From: the human T2T-CHM13v2.0 reference genome, Homo sapiens | Reading direction: 5' to 3' (one strand) | DNA: 64,000 bases | Assembly: GCF_009914755.1 (NCBI RefSeq) | Contig: NC_060939.1 | Shown here: positions 40,986-54,444 of the stretch, piece after piece | Layout of the letters: each line of letters begins with the position of its first letter | How positions within the stretch are numbered: the stretch's first letter is position 1 | The notes under the pieces: generated by a model | What the model was told of the DNA's origin: nothing | What the model saw: only the letters and a program-made list of their open reading frames with translations | Database searches by the model: none | Program-made: the position numbers and the translations under genes

Positions 40986-42544
40986 GTAGGCTAGGTCCCT
41001 TTTTCCAGGAAGGCTTATATTCAGGTTACTGGGCTCAGGTGCTGTGATGGGGGTTGGGGGGACGTGGTTTCGTGTTGGCTTCCAGATTGTGCCTTAGATG
41101 GACATGATTGGCTCATACAGGATGGTGGCCGGGGGTGCTGGGCAGGCATGGGCATGGGACAGAACACAGGACCATGAGTCAGGAGAAGTGGATTCTCCTG
41201 GCACCACCTGGCTCCCCTACTCAGCTGTGGAGTAGTAGAGAGTATTTGATGACAGGGAGGTCATTGGCAGCTTTCAGAAGAGCAGATATAAAGTCTCTAG
41301 GATGTGTTAGGTCAAAAATCTAAGTGTAATGGGGTGTGTATGGTAGGCTGACACTGAGTAAAGAAAGTGAGGGACCACATACACATAGATGAGTTTGTGT
41401 AAATGGAGAACTTCTCATTCTGAAAAGATACACAAGAAACCATAAACAGTGGTTGACTTTGGGGGGGAGAAACTGAGAAAGAAGATACATGGAGCAAGAA
41501 GAGACTCCCTCCAATTGAAACACTCACTTCTCTGACCACAGTGATTGGTTCAGTGGGCTTGGACCTGTGACATGCCCTGTTCCAATCAGAGTGAGTCTCT
41601 GGATATTTGCTGGACTGTGTTGTTCTCCATCTCATTCCAGTGAGACTCACTTGTCAACATCTGCTGATATCTGCCATCCAGTGTGTTGTTCAGACAGTTG
41701 TTCCCCTCCTTGCTGGCATCAGCTGGGACATGACAGTGTCCTCATCTGATCTCACAGGACATCCTCTCCTGTTGTTGTGAGTCCCCTGCGAGGCTCTGCC
41801 TTTCAGGTGACCCCTCTGCCCCACTCCTTGTGGGCATGGAGAGGCCCATCTATTCTCTCTGCACCAGGCTGAGGGAGTGGCACTCTCTGTGTCCATATGT
41901 CTGGGCTCCTCCACTGGACAGGGATCTCTCTCTAAGGTTTGCTATCATCCCAAGGCCCCTCCCTTCTTGTTTCCCAAACTGGCCAGAGATTTCTGGGTCT
42001 GATACTTACTTCCTCTCCCACTGAGATTGGACCACAGGAGGAGTCAAGCATGTGACTCCTTGTCCCTGCCTCACATATCAGTAGCTCCTTCTGCTGCTCT
42101 CACCTCTGCCTCCGCCCACCCCACCCCTCTTAGTTATCCATGTCTAATCTCGGCAGCATGGCAGTCTGGTTCTCCAGCTCTCCTTTTTCTAATCTAGACT
42201 TTATGCCCCAATTCCTTCAGAGCTTTGCTTCTGATGATGCTAAAACTAGGCTTTTAGAACTGGAAAAAAAAAAAAACAGTTTTTGCAAATCAAAAGCCTT
42301 ATCTTTCAAGAACTTGTCTCTGCTATGAGTACCAAAGTTCTATTTTGAAATGAAAAGAGTTGACTGTTTCTCTTCTCCTCACATTCCGTGTTCCTGATCT
42401 AACAGTCCTAATCTTGCTTGAGGCCAGGCACCTTCGCCTTGGGTACATGGGTGTGGGAAGTATGATCTTCCTGCTGTGGCATCAATGGCCCTTCAGCTCC
42501 CCGCAGCCTTCCTAAGTTCTGCAGGGGAATAGGAGAAAACAATT

Positions 42545-42770
42545 TTGGAGTTGGGGCACCCAACTAGTGGCAGAAATAGTCCCACTTCTGCCACTCAATT
42601 GTTGTGCGACCTAGGGAGTGGCTGAATCCTTTTGAACCTCGCTTTTCTTATCTGCAAAATGGGGAGAGCAACAACCACCTCTCAAGGTTGTTTCAGGATC
42701 AAGGCAGATAACATATGTGAAAGTGCTTTGCAAATCACAACGTATGGTATAAACATGAAGCATCATTACT
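42545..42770 (+). mobile_element. MIR SINE
   Basis: 'ctgccactcaattgttgtgcgacctaggg...atctgcaaaatgggg...gtgaaagtgctttg'. Confidence 0.8.
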
Positions 42771-43104
42771 TTCCAGTGTTCTTAACTTCTTTGTGTAGTT
42801 TTCCCTGCCAAAGGCTTCTGTCTTGAGCTCGCATGGCAATTTGCTCACAGAGCCATGAACGTATTGTATTGTGCCGAACTTATATTTTAACATGTCTACT
42901 GGCTTGCACTGTTTGTGAGTGCTTGGAGGGCAGGGACCACACCTATGTGATCTTGGCACCTCTTGCCTTCAGCCAGTGTCTGAAGTAGGTGCCCAGCATG
43001 TGTTTGTTGATGAAGGGGTAGACACTTAGCAAGTACTCAGTAGATTCATGTAATATAAATAAATAATTAGCCAGGAGCAGCAATGGGCTGGAACTTCTGT
43101 AGAC

Positions 43105-43323
43105 TAGTGGTTTTCAACTGGGAACAATTTTGTCCCCTTCCTCCCAGGGGGTATTTGGCAATCGGAAGATGTTTTTGGTTGTCATAACTTGGGGAGTGCT
43201 ACAGATATCTAGTGGGTAGAAGCCAGGGATGCTGGTAAACATCCTACAATGACCAGGACAACCCCCTACAACAAACAATTATCCAGTCTAGAATGTCAAG
43301 AGTGCCATTGCCTAGAAACCCTG
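43105..43323 (+). mobile_element. MER20 hAT-Charlie element, full length
   Basis: Matches the MER20 consensus end to end; decayed 8-bp TSD ctgtagac/ctgtaagc. Confidence 0.9.
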
Positions 43324-43629
43324 CTGTAAGCTCTCTTTTTAAACAGTCCTGAGAAATAAGTCCTGTGAGTCCAGAATTGGAAGGGAAGCTTAGACTTTGG
43401 GTTTAAAAATGATGTCTTGATTATCTTTGATGAATGGAAGGGGGTGGAGATATGGTAGCTAATGATGAAGATTCTGAAAATTATTACTAGCTGGGGGTGG
43501 GAGAGGAGAGAGACTTTGGAAAATGTCCAGCTGAAGAAGAGAAGAGGGTTGGCATCGGACAGGATAGGGTGGGGCCCTAGTGTGCTGGGAGGCACTGAAG
43601 GAACCTCTGAGTAGAGAAGTTAAGCATGT

Positions 43630-43960
43630 GTGCTGAGCTCTATGATTGTCCATTAATTCCCTGTCCTCCTTCTGCAGGAGGCACCTGTTGAATTCAGGCA
43701 TCGGCATGTGACTTGATTTGGTCAATGAAATGTGAGAGAAGTGACATCCACTTTGAGGCAGGCACTTTCCGAGTGAGTATGTACTTCCCCATGTTCCCCA
43801 GTGTGGTTGCTTAGCCCAGAATGAGATAACAGCAACATAGAGCATGACCTGTAATTGCCGTGAAGATGAGAGAGAAACAGACCTGGAATGCCTTACACCA
43901 CTGCAGTTTTTTGGATTATGTTTTATTGCACCATAATCTATCCTATCTTGAGAATGTACT
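43630..43960 (+). mobile_element. Old MLT1 (I/J-like) LTR
   Basis: 'catgtgacttgatttggtcaatgaaatgtgagagaagtgac'; end 'ttattgcaccataatctatcctatcttga'. Confidence 0.7.
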
Positions 43961-44464
43961 ATATTGGGGCTGACGTAGCTGGCAATCCTGTGTAACTGAA
44001 GATCAGCTCATCTTTCCTTTCCCCTTTGAATTGGTTTGCACAGGGATCTCTGAGGTGTCTTGGCTAGAGAAGACAAATGCCAAGTGACTAGGACCCCTAA
44101 TTGTTGTCAACGAAAAGAGTCAGACTCTGTAATGTATTTGGAGGGGTTTATTCTGAGCCAAATATGAGTGATCAATGGCCTGTGACACAGCTCTCAGGAG
44201 ATTCTGAGAACATGTGCCCAAGATGGTCAGGCTACAACTTGATTTTATACATTTTAGGAGGACATAAATCATCAATTAATATGTGTAAAATACATTGGTT
44301 CAGTCGGGAAAGGTGGGACAACCTAATTCAAAGATTTTCTGATTGGTAATTGGTTGAAAGAATTATTATCTAAAGACTTGGAATCAATAGAAAAGAATAT
44401 CTGGGTTTACGATAAGGGGTTGTGGAGACCAGAGTTTTATCATGCAGATTAAGCCTCCAGGTAG

Positions 44465-44988
<524 letters not shown>

Positions 44989-45548
44989 AAGAATAGACTG
45001 TAAATGTTTCTTATCAGATTTAAAGAGTCTTCTATCAGTAATTCCAAAAGGGAGGAGGGTATAATGAGGCATGTCCAGCTCTCTGTTCCCATCATGTCCT
45101 GAATTCATTTTTCAGGTTAACTTTGGAATGCCCTTGGCCAACAGGAGGGGTCCATTCAGATGGCTGGGGGAACTTAGAATTTTATTTTTGGTTTATACAG
45201 TCCATCTGCATTCTCAAAGCTCCAGGAGGCAGGAGCCATGGTGGGTCCAGGGGAAGGCAACTGACACTCCAAAACTCCCTTCTCACTGCTGCTTCAATGC
45301 CAGCTTCACAGAAAGATATATGATGGTTCTATTTATTTAGTTATCACAAATGTCACTATTATCACAGAAGACATTAATTTTTAAAAGAAAAGGAAGAAAA
45401 TATGTCACATTTCTGTTTTGTGCATATGCTGATTGAATGAAAAGTTTATATCAGATGCCAACTTAAAATAAGGACATATAAATATTTAATTGTTTATATG
45501 TATGTATACATTGCTGTATAGACAATATTTATCTATACAGTTATAGAG

Positions 45549-45748
45549 CACTGATTCTCAGCTGAGGGGTGATTTTTACTTTCCAGGGAGACATTTGGCA
45601 ATATCAGGAGACATTTTTGGTTGTCCCAGCTGAGGGCTTGGGGGTACTCCTGGCATCCAGTGGGTAGAGGCCTGGGATGCTGCTAAGCATCCTTCAGTGT
45701 ACAGGGCAGTCCATATTATCTGAACTGTGCTGAGGTTGGGAGAGCCTG
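45549..45748 (+). mobile_element. MER20 element
   Basis: 'gacatttggcaatatcaggagacatttttggttgtc...ggcatccagtgggtagaggcc'. Confidence 0.9.
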
Positions 45749-46264
45749 GCCTGGATGTACATCTAAAGCCAGGAGTTCTGGGGCTGTTTTGTGTGAAGCC
45801 ATGAGTGCTGGCATCATTCTTCAGAGCATCATTGACACACATCTGCTTGATTCATTTCACGTCCCCACCTTGGCTGACTCATCTAGAAGAAACCACAAGT
45901 CACAGATCAGCGAGGGGCCAGCCCTCACGGTCCTTACAAGACAGCCTCGATGGCACTGGGGTTCCCCTGGGAACACACATGGTCAAGCATAGCTGCCTTG
46001 CTCAGCTCTCAGGATGACAACTATTTACACCTAGTGTGCTTTATAGCACACCTGGGATGGGAGTTGCAATGGCGGAAAGGTAACGGTGTGGGAGGAAGGG
46101 AGTGAGAAGGGGAACCGGAGAAGGGAGGGCCAGTCATGTTAGTTTTATGAAGATATGACAATTAGCGCATCATTTAAAACATTGCTCATAAGGATTGCTT
46201 ATGCACAATTTGTCTATATATGAAGATATTGAGATATGTGATTTTATAGCTACAGCTATATGTA

Positions 46265-46269
<5 letters not shown>

Positions 46270-46300
<31 letters not shown>
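46270..46300. repeat. (TG)15 microsatellite
   Basis: Read directly. Confidence 0.97.
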
Positions 46301-46303
<3 letters not shown>

Positions 46304-48555
46304 CACACATTAGTAATGAGGTGAAACATTTACTGTCCTAACAGCTGGAACTAACATTCCACATGGAATGGGAACTGACTTTGAGACACTTTCTGGATAA
46401 GTCACTGGACTGGAGAGAGAGACTTGGAGGGCAAATGCGCCAGCTGGACTCCCAGAGAATAAGCTAGCTTGTTGCTGAAGATGGAAACCTTCTCACTTTT
46501 GCTCCTGAGATGGGAGATTAAGAAAAAAAAATAGAAAGGAAACAAAAAACAGAGAAAAAGAAGGAGGAAGACAGAGTAGCCAGAAAGATGATGAGATGCT
46601 AGGATGCTTTATGGGTGGCAGAGCCCGTGAGAAATGTGTGGTGGGTTTTGGGGACGGGGTGAAGTGGGAAGGCCTTTAGGAAGCAGACTGTGGTGCTACT
46701 TTGCCACCTTTCTAAGTGGGAGAGAAAAAAAGAATGAGAGTGTGGCCCTAGAATATTTGTCATGCAGTGTGCTCAGAGCTATATTAGGATGTCTTTCCTG
46801 TCCTGTCTGATGCTCTATGTGGCAGGTTTGAGCTGCCCAGGGAAGAGACTCAGCCTCCAGGGCCCTCTCTTCCCCTGTGCCCTGCTCCATACCTCCATGT
46901 GGTGCATGAGGGAGGGCCCAGGAGGCTGAGGCCATGCTGGGGCCCTAAGCTCTGGCCTAACCAAGTGAAGTCTCAGGGGAGACCTTGAACCATAAGGCAG
47001 GGTTTAGTGTTTCCAGCCACACGGATCTAGATGTTAAGGAAGCTAGGGAGCTCCAGCTGACAGGTGGGGAACCAGACTTACTCCACCAAACGATTAGACC
47101 AGATGCCAACTCATTTCCAGATCTCATTGCCAAAGATACTAGAAAAGCCCTTAGGTAAAACAAAGCGAGGAATTGGAGGCAGACACAAATCCACCAAGTG
47201 GAGAATCCACACACTTGCAGCAATGACACTAATGCTTTGAAGGAGGCAAATTTCTCAGACTTGTCACATATTTATTTGCAGTTTCAGTCTCTAGAGATTC
47301 CAGAGTCTGGGATCTGGACTGGGGTGAAGGGAGGCATGGTTTTGCCACAGCCTGCCCTGTACTGCTGAATTCTCCTGCGCGTGCTCAAGTGCTTGCAAAT
47401 GAAAGGTCATCTGGGCCTTGATCAGTCGTGTGGCCTGTGGATGGTGAGCAGCCTGGCAAAGGCAGAGGTCTGTGAGGTGGGGGCAGTGGGGCTCCGTGGG
47501 CAGGTTTGCCATGCCTGAGCACCAGGTCCCTACTCTGACACAGGCACACCACAGAGATATTGCAGGTTTGGTTCCAGGCTACCACAATAAAGCAAATATC
47601 ACAATAAAACAAGTCACACAATTTTTTTGGTGTCCCAGTGCATATAAAAGTTGTGTCTGCATGATACTGTTGTCTATTAAGTAAGCAATAGCATTGTCTA
47701 AAAAACAATGTACATACCTTAATTAAAAATACTTTATTGATAAAAAATGCTAACGATCATCAGAATCTTCAAGTCGTCATAAACATTTTGCTGGTGGAGG
47801 GTCTTCCTTCAGTGTTGATGGCTGCTGACTGATCTGGGTGGTGGTTACTGAAGATTGGGATGACAGTGGCAATTTCTTAAAGGACAAAAACAATGAAGTT
47901 TGTTGCATCAATTGACTCTTCCTTTCAAAAAAGATTTCTCTGTAGCTTTTGACAACATTTTATCCACAGCAGAACTTCTTTCAAAATTGGAGTCAATCCT
48001 CTTAATCCCTGCTCCCGCTTTATCAACTAAGTTTGATATTCTAAATACTTTGTTGTCATTTGAACGATGTTCATAGCACCAGTAGATTCCACCTCAAGAA
48101 ACCACTTTCTTTGCATATCTGTCAGAAGCAACTCCTCATCTGCTGAAGCTTTATCATAAAATTGCAATGATTCAATGTCATCTTTAGGCTCCACTTGTCA
48201 TTTTATGTCTCTGCCACTTCTGCAGTTACTTCCTGCACTGAAGTCTGAAGCCCTCAAAGTCATCCATGAGAGTTGGAATCCACTTCTTCCAAACTCCTGT
48301 TAATGTTGCTATTTTGACCACGTTCTATGAATCACAAGTGTTCTTATGGCATCTAGAAGGGGAAATCCTTTCCAGGAAGATTTCAATTTATTTTTCCTAG
48401 ATCCTTCCAAGGAATCACTATCTATGACTGCTAAAACTTTTAAAAAATTATTTCTTAAATAATAAGACTTGAAAGTTGAAATTACTCTTTGAGCTAAGGG
48501 CTGAGATTGGATGTTGTGTTAGCAGGCATGAAAACAACATCAATTGTACATCTCT

Positions 48556-48884
48556 TTATACATCTCCATCAGAGTTTTTGGGTGACCAGGTCCATTGGCA
48601 ATGAACAGTCATATTTTGAAAGGAATCTTTTTTTCCTGAGCAGTAGGTCTCAAAATTGGGCTTAAAATATTCAGTAACCCATGTTGTAAACCAATGTGCT
48701 GTCATCCAGGCTTTGTTGTTCCACTGATAGAGCACAGGGAGAGTAGATTTAGCATCGTTCTTAATGGCCCTAGGATTTTGGTGATGGTAAAGGAGGAGCA
48801 TTGGCTTCAACTTAAAGTCACCAGCTCCATTAGCCCCTGATAAGAGAGTCAACCTGTCCTTTGCCATGGAAGTCAGGCATTGAC

Positions 48885-48918
<34 letters not shown>

Positions 48919-49483
48919 AATTATTTTGAGATGGAGCCTCACTCTGTTGCCCAGGCTGGAGTGCAGTGGCATGATCTCATCTCACTGCAACCTCTTGCCT
49001 CCCGGGTTCAAGCAATTCTCCTGCCTCTGCCTCCCGAGTAGCTGGGACTACAGGCGCATGCCACCACGCCCGGCTAATTTTTGTATTTTTAGTAGAGATG
49101 GGGTTTCACCATTTTGGTCAGGCTGGTCTTGAGCTCCTGACCTTGTGATCCACCCGCCTCAGCCTCCCAAAGTGCTGGGATTACAGGAGTGAGCCACCAT
49201 GCCCAGCCGACTTTTCTTTATCTATGAAAGTCTTGGATGGCAACTTCTTCCAAGAGTAGGCCGTTTCATCTTCATTGAAAATCTGTTGTTTAGTGTAGCT
49301 ACTTTCATCAGCCATCTTAGCTAGATCTTCTGGATAACTTGCTGCAGCTTCTCTGTCAGCACTTGCTGCTTCACCTTGCACTTTTATGTTCTGGAGATGG
49401 CTTCTCTCCTTAAACCTCATAAACCAACCTCTGCTAGCTTCCAACTTTTCTTCTACAGCTTCCTCAGCTCTCTCAGCCTTCAT
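48556..49483 (-). pseudogene. Disrupted Tigger1 (pogo/CENP-B-like) transposase fragments
   Basis: [22 protein letters not shown] (HTH to first catalytic D) and [25 protein letters not shown] (DDE_1); split by an Alu and frameshifts. Confidence 0.9.
48893..49208 (-). mobile_element. AluS (Sg/Sc-like) inside the Tigger1 ORF
   Basis: Full Alu; TSD gacttttcttt (48882-48892 / 49209-49219). Confidence 0.96.
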
Positions 49484-50802
49484 AGAATTGAAAGAGGATT
49501 AGGCTCTGGATTAGGCTTTGGCTTAAGGGAATGTTGTGGCTGATTTGATCTTTCATCCAGACCACTCAGACTTTATGTCAGCAATAAGGCTGTTTCACTT
49601 TCTTATGATTCGTGTGTTCACTGGAGTAGCACTTTTCATTTCCTTCAAGAATTTTTCCTTTGCGTTCACAACTTGGCTGTTTGCTGTGAGAGGTCTAGCT
49701 TTCAGCCTCTCTTGGCTTTTGACGTGCCTTCCTCACATGCTTCATCTTTTCCAGCTTTTGATTGAAAGTGAGAGACTGTGACTCTTTTTTCCACTTGAAT
49801 ACTTAGAGGCCATTGTAGGGTTATTAATTGGCATAATTTCCATATGTATGTGTTTCAAGGAATAGGAAGGCCCAAGGACAGGGACAGAGACAGGGATTGG
49901 CCAGTAGGAGCAGTCAGAACACACGCGACATTTATCGAGTTCACTGTGGGCGTGGTTCATGGCACTCCAAAATAATTACAATAGTGACATCAAAGATCAT
50001 TGATCACAGATCACTATAACAGATGTAGTAATAATGACTAAGTTTGAATTATTGTGAGAATTACCAAAATGTGACAACAGAGACACAGAGTGAGCACAAT
50101 CTGTTGGAAAAATAGCTCTGATAGACTTGCTGTATGCAGGATTGCCACAACCTCCAAATTGTACAATTGCAACATCTGCTGAGCACAATCAAGTGAGTTC
50201 AGTAATATGAGGTGTGCCTGTAAATAGCATGAGGTCCCCTAGTTTCTCTTCCCTCACCTGCAGGAGCCTTTAAACTTGAGACTTGAGTTGGGTATTGTCC
50301 CCTGGTCCCCAGCATTCTCACCACTTTCTATGGCGTCTTCCTGGACTGTAATGGTAGGGAAGATAAAAATGATATTTCTCAAACTCCCTTGCAGCTATTG
50401 CTCTGACAGTACACTTTGTTCTGCCAATCAGATGCCATCAAGCTGAGATGTGAAGCGGAAGTGAGGCAGAGGCTCCCTTCCTTTTGTTTGGCGCAGTTTT
50501 CTGTGAGAGAGCAGAGGTGGGAGATGAGGGGACCTCTGCCCCAGTGTTTCTGCATCCAAGCTCCAGCCTTGTTGAAGGTGAGAAAAGCAGCTGTGATGGT
50601 TTTATGACCCTAGTCCCTGGCTTCTGATCCCTGGACCACAGCTAAGGGGCTGTGTTCTTGAATAGATAGTGGTGATCTCCCAATTCTCCCCGTCCTGGCT
50701 GTGTCACAGGGAGCAACTCTCTCAGTGGGTTGGTTCTGTGGTGTTTGGAGAGACATTCCTGGAAGCCCAGGCAAGAGTCTGCTGCTCCAGTCCTTCCAGT
50801 GC

Positions 50803-51210
50803 TTTTTTGTTTATTTATTTATTATTTTATTTTATTTTATTTTATTTTACTTAAAGTTCTGCGATACGTGTGCAGAACGTGCAGGTTTTTTACATAGGTA
50901 TACATGTGCCATGGTGGTTTGCTGCACCTATCAACCCATCATCTAGGTTTTAAGCCCTGCATACGTTAGGTATTTGTCCTAATGCTCTCCCTCCCCTTGC
51001 CCCCGACCCCCTGACAGGCCCTGTATGATGTTCCCCTCCCTGTGTCCATGTGTTCTGTTCTCATTGTTCGACTACCACTTATGAGTGAGAACATGTGGTG
51101 TTTGGTTTTCTGTTCCTGTGTTAGTTTGCTGAGAATGATGGTTCCCAGCTTCGTCCATGTCCCTGCAAAGGACATGAACTTGTTCTTTTTTATGGCTGCA
51201 TAGTATTCCA
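50803..51210 (-). mobile_element. L1PA (PA7/8-like) 3' end, heavily 5'-truncated
   Basis: 'gtgcagaacgtgcagg..catgtgccatggtggtttgctgcacctatcaaccc'; ORF2 C-terminus [16 protein letters not shown]. Confidence 0.93.
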
Positions 51211-51262
51211 TTTTAAAAAAATCCTTGTATTAAATGCTTTCCTGTTGAAAATAGCTATGCTA

Positions 51263-51575
51263 GGCTGGGTACAGTGGCTCAAGCCTGTAATTCCAGCACT
51301 TTGGGAGGCCAAGGTGGGCAGATCACCTGAGGTCAGGAGTTTGAGACCAGCCTGGCCAATATGATGAAACCCCATCTCTAATAAAAATACAAAAATTAAC
51401 CGGGCATTGTGGTGCATGCCTGTAATCCCAGCTACTCAGGGGGCTGAGGCAGGAGAATTGCTTGAACCTGGGAGTCAGTTTGCAGTGAGTCAAGATCCCG
51501 CCACTGCACTCCAGCCTGGGCAACAGAGCAAGACTTTGAAAAAAAAAAAAAAAAGGAAAGAAAGAAAAGAAAAGA
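51263..51575 (+). mobile_element. AluS (Sx-like) with A/(GAAAA)n tail
   Basis: Full dimeric Alu. Confidence 0.95.
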
Positions 51576-51837
51576 AAAGAGCTACACTGGTTTCTATCTC
51601 CCACTAACTGACACAGGACTTTATAAAGACAACCAGAGGAGTTGTTAAGAACCATTGAACTAATACCCTGGATTTAGAACAACAGAAAGTTCACAACACA
51701 CAAACAGCCATAAAGGAGGTAGAGTGGGTTCCTTTCCCAGTCAGCACTTCCTCCTCTCTGAGAGCTAAGCCTGGATTCTCATACACGAGGGGACTGTCCC
51801 GACTCCTCTGGGCCCCACCACGTTCCTGTCTCCCAGG

Positions 51838-51997
51838 CTGGGCTGGGACTAGGGTGAGGCAAACGTGCCTAGGCATGAAATGTAAGGAGGCACTCACCCT
51901 CAGGGCTGTGGGAATACAGGCTGAGCCCTGAGAGTCAGTGCCTCTATAAATTTTATATACTAAGTACTTCACTTGCCTCACCCCAGTCCTGGCCTCC
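51838..51997. mobile_element. MER96-like palindromic MITE
   Basis: 'gggactagggtgaggcaa..ggaggcactcaccctcaggg' mirrored by 'ccctgagagtcagtgcctc..ttgcctcaccccagtcc'. Confidence 0.8.
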
Positions 51998-52608
51998 TCA
52001 AAAATTTGACCTAGGTGGACCTAGCTGGCTTCAACGTTGAGTGCAGAGAACTCTTGTCCTCTGCTCATGCTCTGGCTCAAAGCCCATTCTGTAAGTAGCT
52101 CCTCTGGAGGGCTCTCAAGTCTGCCCTGCACCTTACACTGTGCCTATGTGAGGCTGCAGCTCCCAAAGGCTCTCTGCATTCCCTCTGCTGTGTCATCCCT
52201 ATCCTACTAACAGGAGGGAGGATCTTTGGTCCCAAGCTTAAAACGGGTCCCCACTAGCTATGCCAACACGACATTTCCAGGTAACATCAGACACCCCCAG
52301 GGGAATGGCAGCTTGGGGCATTGTTCTGTGAGCTCTTTGTGCCCAGTGTCCAATCATCAGGCTGTATGAACAGAAGTGCAGTATGCAAAACAAGGGAGGG
52401 GAGAGTTCGGCTCCACCCCAACTCATCAAACACACCTGGAGAGGCTCCATTTCTAAGGGGCTGGAGTCCTTGAAGGAAGAACAATTGGCAAACAGCTAAT
52501 CAACATACAGGTGTTGCCCAATTTTAATAGAAAGTAGAGAAGTGCAAATGAAAGCAGCAGAGCAGAAAGTTACTTTTTGCACTTATCAGATTGTCAGCAG
52601 TTAGAACT

Positions 52609-52748
52609 GCTGGGCACAGTGGCTCATGCCTGCAATTCTAGCACTGTGGGAGGCCAAAGTGGGAGGACCGCTTGAGCCCAGGAGTTTAAGGTCAGCCTGG
52701 GCAACAGAATGAGACCCTGTCTTTACGAAAAGAAAAAAGAAAAAAAAT
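52609..52748 (+). mobile_element. FLAM (free left Alu monomer)
   Basis: Single monomer 'gggaggaccgcttgagcccaggag' plus A tail. Confidence 0.88.
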
Positions 52749-53779
52749 TAAAAGAGGAAAAAAATTAGAAGAATGAATGATTCAGTAGCAAGGTCTAGAG
52801 CTGGGTGCTGTCTCATCTCTCAGTACCCCGGACGCCATTGGCTGAGAGAAGGCAGAGAAGACAATGCGATGAGTAGTGTCAGTGCTTTTATAAAGGAGGG
52901 AAGTAAAAATGCGTTCTTCTATGTTTCAAAATGCCCACATACCTAGCAAGAGGCAGATAGCAAAGCTGTGGCGTTCCCTTCCATCCTGTTCACAGTCACT
53001 TCTTATCTGCCTGGAAGGTTCACTGGGGGAGCTCGAGGGAGCAGCTGCTGAGGCAGGCCATGCACAGAAGGAGATTTCAGCCTTAGAACCTATTCAGATG
53101 AGCACACCGCTCTGCTTGCATGGGATCTGAAGATATCCCAATCTGGGTTTCCAGGAAGCTCTGGGCACTACTAGAAACACATCTGGAGTTGGGATGGAGG
53201 AAGCCAGCCTGCAATAGCCTACATAGCCATGGACTATGAGCTTGCCTGACCTGTTATTACCTGATGGAAGTGTAGCCCCTGGCTGCTAGGTATGGGCAGG
53301 GGTGCTGGGGTGGTGTGGGGTAAGGAGAGATGTGAAGAGGGGGAGAGGGAAGCTCTTTATGACAGGGAAATATGTGTACCTCCAGGAGGTTTTGTGAGTG
53401 CCAGGTGCAACCATGATTAGTAAAGACACACTGGCAACTCCTGGACAAGCATTACCACATACGCACTAGTAAGGGAGAAGGAAAGTTAGGAAGGGGGCCA
53501 TTTCTCTTTAGGGAGGTGGCACAATGTGGTTATTTTAGTGAGAAAATAAGTCTTACCTTGGTCTCAGTCTTGCAATGTAACCTGAACTTATTTGCTTAAC
53601 CACTCTGAGTTCCAGTGTGCGCACTGGAACTTACTTAGCATTCTTACTTAGAATGTGAAAGTCAAAATAAGAGTATGTAAAAAGATATGCTGAGATGTTT
53701 CCACTGTTACACAAATGTAAGGGTTGGATGTTATGTCCTCATCTCCTGTCTGGCTCTTCTCTCTCTACCTCCAGCCTAA

Positions 53780-54295
<516 letters not shown>

Positions 54296-54444
54296 TGACT
54301 TTCCTGATTAGGTCAACTCTTTATTTGTACTCATATGAGCAAAAGTACATCCTTCTCATTGTACTCATCTCAATTGTAGTTTTACATGTATTTGTATGAT
54401 AAGGTGATGATTACCTGTCTCATTAGAGGCTTGTTGTGAGGATC

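Larger units (their letters stand above)
47541..50220 (-). mobile_element. Tigger1 DNA transposon, near full length
   Basis: TIRs caggcacacc.. at 47541 and ..ggtgtgcctg at 50220 followed by TA; ~2.35 kb after removing the Alu; transposase remnants inside. Confidence 0.95.
50320..51615 (+). mobile_element. LTR33-like ERVL LTR with nested L1PA and Alu
   Basis: 'atttctcaaactcccttgcagcta..ttctgccaatcagatgc'; resumes 'ccttgtattaaatgctttcctg'; ends 'actaactgacaca'. Confidence 0.7.

Noticed and set aside
46330-47290. Possible ancient LTR (Gypsy/ERVL-like)
   Set aside because: Texture is suggestive but I could not fix termini, TSD or family
48556-49483. Possible domesticated TIGD-like gene
   Set aside because: Alu insertion and frameshifts break the ORF; both TIRs present, so this is an ordinary fossil
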